From Octopus sinensis (lineage: Eukaryota), in the NCBI RefSeq assembly GCF_006345805.1, contig NC_042998.1:57350001-57414000 (forward strand): a stretch of DNA of 64,000 nucleotides, read 5' to 3'. The position numbers were made by a program, and so were the translations under genes. Below are positions 53,130 through 64,000 of this stretch, in pieces. The notes beneath the pieces were generated by a model that worked only from the letters and a program-made list of their open reading frames with translations, had not been told where the DNA came from and made no database searches. Numbering within the stretch: position 1 is the first letter of the stretch; the number at the start of each line of letters is the position of its first letter.

Positions 53130-53600
53130 ATCATCCGTCACTTGTTAAAATGTGCGCAGTAGTTGGCAAGGTGGATTTTTGTATGACACCAATATTGCAC
53201 AGTATTTCCAACCGCTTCGAGACGTCTTAAAGTTTGAATGGGATTAACACTATTGACCCGATCACAACTGGTGTCACTTTAACATTACCCTCTTGCATTA
53301 CAAACAGTCTTGCCATACGTCAATGGTCTGACAGCATTTGTCTTACTGGTTCTATACCACTGTGAACTCTCGGCGATGCTCAATTACACTATTAGTTCAA
53401 ATTCATAATCTCAGACTATTGTTGCTTTCCCATCTTCCTGCATTATTTTATGGGCATTTTGGTATTTACAACATTTTAGCCACTGAAGGTACAACCAGAT
53501 TTTATCATGCGGCACTTGAATTTTTTTGTGCAAGTTTCCCTCATCACCTTAACACGTGGGTTACATTTTCCACATCTTTTTCACAGATTCTGTATCGAAC
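53130..53600 (-). mobile_element. Degenerate C-terminal fragment of an R4/Dong-like RLE retrotransposon
   Basis: Minus strand reads RICEKDVENVTHVL..KLAQK..HDKIW..VTPVVIGSI..IQKSTL..TAHIL (zinc knuckle, RHD-type motif and RLE tail). Confidence 0.65.
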
Positions 53601-53622
53601 GTTTTGTAGATACTATATTTCA

Positions 53623-53662
<40 letters not shown>

Positions 53663-53670
53663 GTTATTAT

Positions 53671-54080
53671 TTCCTTCTTTCTTAAAATTTTCTTCCATTT
53701 CTCGCCGAGTGTTTTTCGTACACCTAGGGCAGAGAAGCTTATTGTATGCATTCCCAGATTACACACGCAAATTCACAGGTTAAATAAATAAATAAATAAA
53801 TTCATGAATGGATGTTGTTTTCACAGCGATAATGCTCTTCTTAGTACACGAGTCGTTCCAGTTAATACGATTTTTTGCACTTCCAGTAGGGGTGGTATCA
53901 TTTTTTAAATAGGTTTCAGCACCTTTTTCTTTATCATTCCCAGAGATCCTGCAATCACTGGTACTTTAATCGCCTTGAGATGCCACATTTTTTTCAATTT
54001 CTATTAACAAGTCTTTATATTTACTGATCTTGTCAAATTCTTTCGCCGCTATATTGTGATCGCAAGAAATACTCATGTCA

Positions 54081-54082
<2 letters not shown>
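53671..54082 (-). mobile_element. 3' end of a Dong/R4-like RLE retrotransposon flanked by (TAA)n
   Basis: Minus strand reads IDMSISCDHNIAAKEFDKISKYKDLLIEIEK..MWHLKAIKVPVIAGSLGMIKK..VQKIVLTGTTRVLRRALSL*, then a 3'UTR ending in (AAT)n. TTA tracts at ~53625-53670 and ~54083-54122. Confidence 0.82.
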
Positions 54083-54124
<42 letters not shown>

Positions 54125-55199
54125 GACAGCGGGTTGGCAGAATCATTAGCGTGCCGAACAAAATGCTTAACAGCATTTCGTTCGGCTTTACATCCTGAAT
54201 TCAAATTCCGTCGAGTTAGACCTTATTTTTCTTCCTTTGGAGGTCGATAAGATTAGTAGTTGAACACTGCGGACGATGTGCCATAAATAAAAATATTTTA
54301 ATATCATATATGACGATGATGAAGATGTTAACATGGCATCCACTCGCAAGTTAAACAAGTCGTTCTATAAAGCAAACTGTCAACTGTCATTGTCGTGGCA
54401 TAGCAGTAAGATTCCATTTGAAAAAAGCTGTCGTTAAGGTGACCATTTAAGCACATGACAGCAATAGCAACAATGATGATGTTTGTGATGGTGGAGGGAT
54501 TATATTGACGATGATGACGATGAAACAGCGGATTATATTGTTGCTGATAATGATGATTATAACGAAGATGATGTTGAATACATTTGTAATAAAACAAAAT
54601 CAGAACGAATAAATTTTAATTTTATAAGAGTTCCTCCATTTTCTACTCTTCCCTCCGCCCCCAGAGAGTTGATTACCAAGGGAAGAACTTTCTAGAGAAT
54701 TTCTCCAGAGAATGTACAGCTTTCCTTATCAATACGTGTTGCTTCAATCTGCTCTTATGCGTTTTCCTTCATTTATTTCCTAATGATTTGATTTTTATTG
54801 TTTGTTTGTGTAGTTTTGACATTTTTATTTAAAACTTATTCTAAATTGTTGCATGATCTTCTACCACGACTACTACCTCCAACACAATTACTATTACTGT
54901 CACAGCCATTGCCACTACTACCACCACCACCATCACCACCACCATCACCACCACCACCACCACTATCACCAGCTCTACTACTTCTACCACACCGCCACCA
55001 TTATCACCACTACTACTACTACTACTACTACTAAATCTGCAATGAATATGAAGACCAATAAATTTTAAATAGATACATTAAACAATGCATTCCTGGATTA
55101 ATAATAGAGATAGTCACAGCTGGAACGCCTTTGATTACATATTTGTATAATCAAGGCTAACCAGGGTTAAAATATAGCGCAATTAACAATGCTTATTTC

Positions 55200-55945
55200 A
55201 GTTGGCAGAATCGTAAGCCTACGCACAAAATGCTAAGTGGCATTTTTCCGGCTTTACGTTCTGAGTTCAAATCCCGCTGGATTTGACTTTGACTTTCATC
55301 CTTTAGCGATCGAGACAATAAAGTACCAGCTATTCACTGATGCCGATGTAATCGAGTTATACTCTCTTAAAATTGCTGTCCTTGTGCCAAAAATTGAAGC
55401 TATTATTATTAAGATGTCGAGCTGGGAGAATCGTTCGTGAGAGAAAATTGCTGAGGGTATTTTTTCCGGTACGCTATGTCGTGAGTTCAAATCCCTCCGA
55501 AACAAATTTGCCTAATCCTTATTTCGAATTGATAAAATAAAATACGAGTCAAGGTGGGGGAGAGGGATTCAATGCTATCGAAAAGCCTCTCTCCTTAAAA
55601 TTGTTGGTCTTGTACCAAACTTGGAAATAATTATTGTTATCATTATTATTATGAAAGCGGCGAGCTGTCAAGATCGTTAGAACGCCGAGGAAAATGCTTT
55701 CTGGCATTTCGCCCACCTTTACGATATGAGTTAAAATTCCACTGAATTTGCCTCTTTCACAATACTCCTGTGAAATCCCCACCTGCCTTGTCTAACGTCC
55801 CTCATCCAACGTCCTTGCAACCAGAATCGTTAAAGCATCGGAAAAAATGCCTTGCGATATTCCGGTTCTATATTTTCTTAGTTCAGACCCTACTGTTCAA
55901 GATTTCAGGTTCCATAAAATTAAGTACCTTGTGCCAAAATTTGGA
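55200..55945 (+). mobile_element. Cluster of about four old family A SINE copies
   Basis: Repeated GCAGAATCG..AAATGCT..GAGTTCAAAT segments separated by short (TTA)n. Confidence 0.7.
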
Positions 55946-56259
55946 ACGCTTATCCTTATTCAATAGTCATTGTCCTTTGAGTCCTTATCGTACGCAGTAC
56001 TTAGGAGCCTGGCTATGTGTAACACGTTGCGATATTTTCCTGTATTTAAAATACTTTACATAATATACGTTTAAAGTCTGCTTGTTTTATATCTGTACAT
56101 TTTTCTCTTCATTTTAAAATAATTTTTGTTATGGATTTGTTGACGTGATAATAAATCATTTGCAAACAACTTTTATAAGAAGGATCATATATATATGCAC
56201 ATTCAAGTTATTTTTTTAATTTCAAGATATTTTATATTTGGATTTTAAAATGTCATGTG

Positions 56260-57760
56260 TAAGCGAGATTCAAAGCATCTACTTCAGTCTTAATGCGTTC
56301 CAGGCGACTCCAGCTTGAATATACTAATCGGTATTGTATCTTGTTAATACAAAACAACTGTCGCTCGAATTTGTGCTCATAACACACTTGATGCATTAAA
56401 GTATATTTGGTCGAATTTCTCGATTCTTGCGAGAGATCTTATCGTCAGTTGCAATTGTTACTTCAGATAGGAGGCAATAACATTGTTTTTGCTACTTGAC
56501 AACAATATCCGGCCGATTACTCTTGGTATCCATGTGTGCGTTAATTGACGTATCCAAACGTATAGTCGCTTCATCATCCTCCGAATCCTTTTATAATATA
56601 GGTTTAAACTATGTTTTGTGTTGGGCTTTCGCGTAATACTATGTTTAGTGCTGGGTTTAACGCGTAATGTATAGCAACCTCGACCACACCATAATCATAG
56701 ATAAATTCTTTCAGGGCTACGACGGGGCAGACAGGCAATGCTGTTAATCATTCATTACCGGCCTCCTCATATTCAGCAGTTACTCGATATATTCTACTTT
56801 ATTGTGTGCTGCAATCAAAAATCTTTCATTCTTATATTCTGGTTTTACCCCTCCCTGACTAACCATTTATTCATCAATACATTTCTAGTCTTATTTTCTG
56901 CTAATCATTAGCTTCTTTTCTCCACAATTTCTGTTAATATTTCTGTGCTCAACTGTCTTTCATTCCAGTCTCTGTTTTGCATTTGTTGGCTTCATGAAGA
57001 CACAAAACACTATTTTTGCTTTAGTCATGTTTTGCACCAATCTTGTTTTGTTATTTACCAGACATTTCATAATAGCTTTGCAGCTACTGTATCCATAGGA
57101 AATAAATTGTGAAATTTTGTGTGATGTATTCTAAATGTAGTTATTTTCTTATTTTTCCTGTCTAGTCATTTAACGTCCAGCTGAGAATATTATACCAATA
57201 ACATGCCACTGAGATGGCTAGTGTATTCAGGCTTATTACTTTATTTCTATTTTGCTTTGTTTCAAGTATTAACTAAACTATGTATATTTCTATCTCTTGT
57301 TTTTGAGAGTTGTTGCGTTTTGTCATTGATTTTTATGTTCGTGTTTGTCTTAATTCTTTTACATATCTTTACATAGCTGGATATGTATATTTAATACACA
57401 ATTCATCTCAAGGTTGCCAGGGAGCATTTTTCTAATCTAAATTTCATCGCAACTTTTCGTGTAAATCCACATACTGCCTGCAACAGTGTTTCAAGTTGTA
57501 TTCAACTGTAGTATATAACTTGAAATCATTCTTATATAAAACATTGTTGATCGTTTAATCATAGCCTTTTTGAAACAAAGGGAAAGAGGCAAATGGTGCC
57601 AAGAAAAAGGCCTAGTTGTTATACTTACGGTAACAAGAGCTCCATATAAGTAATTTCTCTTAAAAAACTGGAGAAGCGGAAGGGAATGAAAGGTGTCGAA
57701 AAGCAAATACCCAGTTTTCAGGTCAACATCGGCCACAGTTGCAGAAATGGTAAAGGAGTT
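56260..57760 (-). mobile_element. Highly decayed R4-like RT/RLE retrotransposon relic
   Basis: Minus strand reads INNVLYKNDFKLYT (HLLYMDDLKLY-like), MKFRLEKC, DRK..RIHHTK, LIAAHNK, CPVVALKEF and NRPDIVVK (56501-56518). Confidence 0.65.
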
Positions 57761-58999
57761 CACTTCACGTCAAATTCTATGAACTAACAACCCATTTTAT
57801 CTCTGATGAGACTGGAACGTCTGGTTTTAGCATTTTGTGTAAGGGACGTGTTCGATTACTCAGACGGTCCATATACCGTCCACATCCGATACCTGTTGGT
57901 CTAGGAATTCCGTAGCTAACGATGCGTAAACATGTGAGGACACCAGTTTGTCAACTCAATAGAACTGCGGTCCTGAACCCCACTATAGGTGTAGCAATAC
58001 TGTCCGCAGACATTGCATGTTCGCATTCATATTGACGACTGATCGCAGGCAAAGTGACGACGTTATCGTGGAATAGATAAAAATCCTTGGTCAACCCGTA
58101 ACTATAGTCGACAACACTTATACTATAGTAGGAGTATCGCATAGTGGGACTGACAGAATGAAAATGTAGCTTCCTTAATTACTTGTTAAATCCAAATCCC
58201 GAAATCCGTGTCAAGGATGTCAGCTGATCGAAAACTTGACAAAATTCCTTGCGGCATTTGTTTTAATTCTTTACTTTCTGATCTCAAATCCTGCCGAGGT
58301 TATCTTTTATAGTTTCAGTGACGATAAAAATAAATTGGAAATTATTGGGATCAATGTAGAAATTATTAATAAATACTTTATATTTCAATGGTCCTCTCAT
58401 TAATTTACAAATTTCGTTCACATAAACTACGATTAAAATCTAAAATTGCAGAATCAAAGCTCAAATAGAAGCAATAATAATAACGTTGATAATAATAATC
58501 ATAATAATAAAAAAAAGTAGACTTCGTAAAATCCTATTGCTACTCCACTCCGATAAATGAAGTCTTGCATATAATTAACTAAAAACGAATACTTACATTA
58601 TGCAAAAAATCATTACAAATATAGTGTCATGCATTGCTAATATTTGCCCTCATTGCTGACTGGCCACTTCATGTAAACGCTATCAAATAAAAAAAAATCG
58701 AAAAAGAAGATTCGGGTCTAATCGATGGCAAGTGCAGGACCGAAGTCTATATAATTAAGTACAAGGATAAAATGATAATACAAGGATAAAATAATAATAT
58801 TACGAATTTGATGCACAAACAGCACAAAATATATAGTGTCAACAAAATTTGCAGGACTAAAAAGTAATAAGCATTATATGACAAAAATGTTAGAAAAAGC
58901 AGAAATGGATAGAATACGTTTCCATATTTCATGGTAATATAGGTACTCTGTCCACGAACCAAAGCTTCTAGAATATGGTGAGCAAGCAACGTTAATTTG

Positions 59000-59620
59000 G
59001 AATCGAGCTACGACCCAGACAAAGTGGATAATTTTAGGATACTTAAAATCAAGATATTCGGAATGGATTTATAATACTTAACAGAAAGAGTGTATATTTG
59101 AAATCAAACCTCATATCTACGAAGTATGAGCGTGTATAAACCTAAACTATAGTCACCAGTGAATGAAACACAAACTTAAGAGCAGAAAATTCTAAAGCAG
59201 GGTGGGAAAACCTATGGGGAAAGTGAAAGTATCATAGTAGACAGATGTTTTATACCCTTCCTCTAAATAAACAATAAAATAGCAACTTGCCTATCAGAGA
59301 CTTACTGGCCACATTCACGGATACCATTATTACTTCGATGAATCAACTACTGTATGCATCAGCCACAGAAATCACAAAGAGTCCATTTACTCAAAGCTTT
59401 TTGAAAGGGAACAAATAAATCCAGCCATACAACGTAGAAAACAAACAGACATAGAAATGTACGTGGTAGTGAAAAGCATTTCACAAAAAAAATTATAATC
59501 CATGAGAAATAGTGAGTCGCGAACAAATATAATGATTAAACAGAAACTATTTTAAAAATGTGTTTTTAACCAGAAAGAGAGAAAGACTAAGTCAACAGTT
59601 TCACACTTTGAACCAGAAAC
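59000..59620 (+). mobile_element. Possible N-terminal relic of an R4-like element
   Basis: ITSMNQLLYASATEIT (~59330) resembles the N-terminal 'ITETNxLIYAAAxV' segment recalled from R4/Dong ORFs; the rest is very decayed. Confidence 0.35.
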
Positions 59621-62600
59621 ACTGAATAATGTACTCAAAAAGTTATAGTCTCTCTCTCTCTCTCTCTCTCTGTCTCGTGTATAGTCTCTCTCTCCCTCGG
59701 TTGTTTTCATTTTGATCACCTTAAGATTATTCCTGACTGTAAAGGGGACGGATTTTATAGGAAATATCTATATTTGATAGATTTGAAATTACAATAACAA
59801 TACAAAATTAGAATGACATAACAGTTATAGGCGAATCGTAGAAAAATGAGGAAAATATAAGCTTCACGCAGAATATTATTCAAACTAGTGTGACTTTTGT
59901 AGAAATACTCCTCTATTGATATGAATAATTTTCAGAGATTGCTAAATGATGAATGTATGGGCTAATTGTTTAAAGGATCGATTACATCGACGGCATTTCA
60001 CAGTTGATTCAGATCCAAACCAAACATTAAAAGTGGTCTTTGGTAACCCAAATTTATGTTCCATAAGATATATTTCATAAGATACCAAAAGCTTGTCTAT
60101 ATAATTCCAACAAGTGGTTCAGATAATAGGTTGATTGTTAGAATTTACACCACTAATTCCAGCTATATTTCAGTTTATTGAGACGTCTAGATAGATACTG
60201 CGTGGGGATATGTTCTGATTTCCATCGACTCAAAGGTATACAAGTGGGTTGATTTCTCATGCAAATATACAAAAGCTACTGTACAAAAATGTGACCAATT
60301 TCTAATATTTGCAAATGAAATCTGGAAATTATCTAGTCTCTATTATTTGACTAGGATAACACATAATTTAACAATTTCCAAGCAGTAAACTCCATTTGAT
60401 GTTAGGACACAACACCTTATAAAACTTAGGCACACGTAGGTGTTCCACCAACTGTTTCACTAATTTGTTATAGTGCCCATCAAATTTGAAAAAGGAAAAA
60501 GAAAATTGAGAAACAAGCTTTGATTTCGAGTAAACTTGATCCAGTATTGAAACTGTGTCAATATGATTAGATCTTCAAACAAATAGATCCTGTATACCCC
60601 ATTCAGCAATCTCTGATTATTATTATTGGTATCACATAATGATTCCGTCTAAGCCATTAGCCAGTTTCACAAAAACCAAGATATTGAGAGCTGCAGTTTG
60701 ACCTTCAATGTTTGAAGGGGCCAGTGACACCGCAGTCTGGTTGTAGTACATTAAATAATCAATAAGAAGCATTTTGATAATCTTATATACTATGTAGAGC
60801 TCCATGGAAGGTCATATCTTGTTGAAACTTCTGAACTGGAAGTATATGCAGTGTGTAGATTTTAAATATTATAATTTTGCTAATATTTCCTCCTTAGAAT
60901 CTCGTAGTTTAGGAAAGTGCATATCCATTTGTGGATTTTTAGTCATTACATTATTAATTTAAACAGTTTTAGCCCAAATTATATCACCATCTTAAAAGTA
61001 GTAGCTACCAAAATACTCAGAGCAAAATTCCAAGAGACGGTGTGCTGAAGAATAAAAAAATTACGACACGTATAAATTATCAATGGATTTGTCAGTGCAA
61101 AACAAATAAGCCATTAGAAGTCAGTAAAGGGGTCTCTACAGGGACAATCAGCCTTGTAGAAATAACAGCTAAATCTTCATCATATCTAATCCTACCATCA
61201 TAAAAACAGAACGTCGCATAGGATAATTTAACATTAGAAATTCAAACGGTCATATCTGGAATGTCATTTATCATATGCTTGCTTAGAACTAAGTGAGAAA
61301 ATCAACAAAAACAATCGTTTGTCTATCTTTTGATGTCCTTCTCGAAGTTGCTTAAAGAAAACTATCATTATTGAAATATTTCAAAACGTACTAAACTCAT
61401 TAGGGTTAGTCATGCCATATCTCAAGTAGGTAGTGTCTTTGTTTGCAGCGTCACATTGTTAAGCACGAGCACTAACACTTCAGAATAAATTAGAGAAAGC
61501 TTTTATTCACAGGATCACGGGATCGTTATCGTTAATATTCAGTTTAAACATCTGAGGCGGGAGATGACAGCCAAATGGAATTATGTAGGCAAGAGCGAAA
61601 CCAAGAAACTTGCAACATTGGGTAAGAAATATTAAGCAATATGTTTAGTGCGAAGTTTATAAAGTGTGATACATGGGAGCGAGAAAGGTGCGGGATAGTC
61701 TGGCTAGACACATAGTTTGCTTCTATTTAATTCAAAGAAGAAAGACGGTAGAAGAGACAGATTAGATACAACGTATCTGTTTGTAGCATATTGCTGAGTG
61801 AGTATCTGCCAGTCAAATTGGCTTGTTAAGAATACGTTCTGGGATATGCAGCAGCAATACAGTGACGGACATAAAAATACTGTTATTGAGTGAAAGTATC
61901 TTAAAAGTGCTAAAGCAAATTCCGATTCTGAAGAAGTTTTGTCAGTGTTAAATATGTCAGAATAAGTCATTAGTGGTTGTATTGTCTACTATTTCAATAA
62001 CTTTTACGGCTTGTTCATGTGTAATGATATGGTACAATACGGTTTCCTTGTCAAGTCTTGTGTATTGATGCGTTTTACAATTCTTTGTTGGAAGAGACAG
62101 GCTTGTCATTTCCCTCCCAAATAATGGCGACTTTTCGGTTGAACTTTGGCACGAGACAGTTAGGTTGAGTGTTTGTGGTTAAGCAAGAGTAAGAATGACA
62201 TGAATTACTTACACCAAAGTATTTATGTTACACATTCTTACAGGTGGATCGTTCATGCTCAGAAAGAATGATTTGAGAACATAAGTGAAAATTGGGGTAC
62301 AATTGACATGATATTATGCGTCACACAGAATCTTAGCAACACTCTTTGTGTTGTATCTGTCTAAGAAGAAACTACCGACATAAGATATAATTAGCGTACG
62401 AAGCAACTAATCCAGGAAAATACCATCCCGGAAAACAAAGTTGTCATAGATTTTTACTTAATAAAGTACATGTTCCACTGGAGAATCTCAGTTAGCGTTA
62501 AAAACAAAAAGAATGTCCATCACATTTTTAAAATTCGGACAACTGAGTCAAGATTTATTTATTCCAGTCACTATTTTATGTAGTGTGTTTCTCTATCATT

Positions 62601-63649
62601 TGTTATCTACCGAATCTAACTTTTTAAGATTGCAACGTAAAATCCGTTTGTCATGTATCCTTTTTATAATACCCACAAATGGACTTTAAGACGATTGAAT
62701 TGCTGTGAAGTTGTTTACAGTTGGTCGCAATTAGAAGAATAACTGCGATACAAAGGTATGTGAAAGAAACGAGAAGATTTATGTATTTAAACATCTGTTC
62801 AAATAAACAGGCGTAACTCGATTATTTGACGGCGAAATAATATTGATTTATCACAATGGTCAAAAGCTACTGGTTTACGTCAATTAGAATTGGGCGGGGG
62901 ACAGTATTCACCGGGTCGGCTGCGTTTGATGTTCAGCCGAAACAATTGTAGATATTCGAATGCAAGTAAAATGGGATGTGAAGAAAAGAGAAGTGAGTTG
63001 CTTTTTCATGAAAAAAAGGAGTAGGTGATGAATAGAAAGTGGGACCACCAGAGAAAGAGTGCAGTGTGCATCCTTTGAGTCTCAGTAGAATATATGTACA
63101 GTTGGCAAGTTGAGAGGAACAGAGAATCTGGTAGTTTAGAGAGATAAGAAACGACGCGTTTTTAAGATGAATAATCGAATTTAGTTTATGGTTGATAGAT
63201 ATGCTAATGACCCAGAGATATATAGCTGTAAAATTCTTCCAAGGTAACGTTTGAATTCGGTATGTTGAATAATAAATTTGAAGTAGAATAATCACAAAGG
63301 ATTTAAGGACAAAAACTGTAGTAGGCCTGACTAACTATCTTAGACACGTAACCAAAACTTTTTTACCTGGTAGACCTTGGCCCATATCTGAGATGCTGCT
63401 GAAGCTATTTCTGATTTCCGTGCTGCAATAATCAAAATATTAATGATGGATTGTATCGGTAAGACGTCATATTTTGGCGAGAAGAAACTGGTGACCGCCC
63501 ACTCATTATCTAACTGGCCCATATTTTATCTTTGGTGAAACGTAAGGGTGACGTGGGTGAAATTTGAACACTGAACACAAAACTTTGAGGTATTTCGGCT
63601 CTTTCTCTCACCAATCAGCTATATCCACCTTAATTGTAATAGGTTCTAA

Positions 63650-64000
63650 AGTAGGCACATAATTTGGACTTAGGCGCTTGTCGATTACATCACCAACAAG
63701 ACTTTATCAACCCGGAGGATGAAAGGCAAAATTGACCATGGTGTGATTTGAACTCAGAGGGATATAGACCGTAACAAAATACCTCAGAGAATTTTGCTCG
63801 TCTCTACCGATATTTCCAGTTCCCCACAAATTTTTCTACAATAGACAGATGATCTGAAATCCAAAGTTGGTAGGTTAGTCTATTATACTGAACCCAACAG
63901 TTTATCGACCCCGAAAAGGATAAAAGGCGAAGTCAACCTCGATGAAATTTGCACTTAATGCCTAAAGAAAGAAACGCCGTTGAGAATTTTGTGCACCAGT
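63650..64000 (-). mobile_element. Two diverged family A SINE copies (second cut by the window end)
   Basis: GGATGAAAGGCAAAATTGACC..GATTTGAACTCAGA and TTTATCGACCCCGAAAAGGATAAAAGGCGAAGTC. Confidence 0.7.

Noticed and set aside
57491-57763. ORF with 'LPLSLCF..AMIKRS', superficially like a Helitron/PIF1 helicase motif
   Set aside because: Neighbouring frames give RT and RLE motifs (NDFKLY, FRLEKC, NRPDIV), so it is better explained as an R4-like relic.
57800-57835. CTGATGAG followed by a weak stem
   Set aside because: No GAAA after the stem, so not a hammerhead.

Overview
AT-rich, microsatellite-saturated eukaryotic (metazoan) DNA with no recognisable host protein-coding exon. The SINE families and repeat landscape look like an octopus/coleoid cephalopod genome (inference). 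The dominant feature is a head-to-tail pair of full-length ~5.4 kb L1/Tx1-clade non-LTR retrotransposons (20130-25536 and 25596-31024) sitting in a (TC)n microsatellite. Each has a CCHC-knuckle ORF1 and an APE-RT-zinc-finger ORF2; the junctions and the many synonymous differences suggest two successive site-specific insertions. The window also holds several restriction-like-endonuclease (R4/Dong- and HERO-like) retrotransposon relics, some embedded in (CATA)n or (TAA)n tracts; a complete fossil mariner with TIRs; Helentron-type non-autonomous fragments; dozens of tRNA-derived SINE copies; and at least six short Penelope-type terminal remnants with minimal hammerhead-ribozyme-like cores, some in inverted arrangements. 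Nearly all short ORFs in the supplied track are microsatellite read-throughs. All family assignments come from motif recognition by eye; no database search was run.
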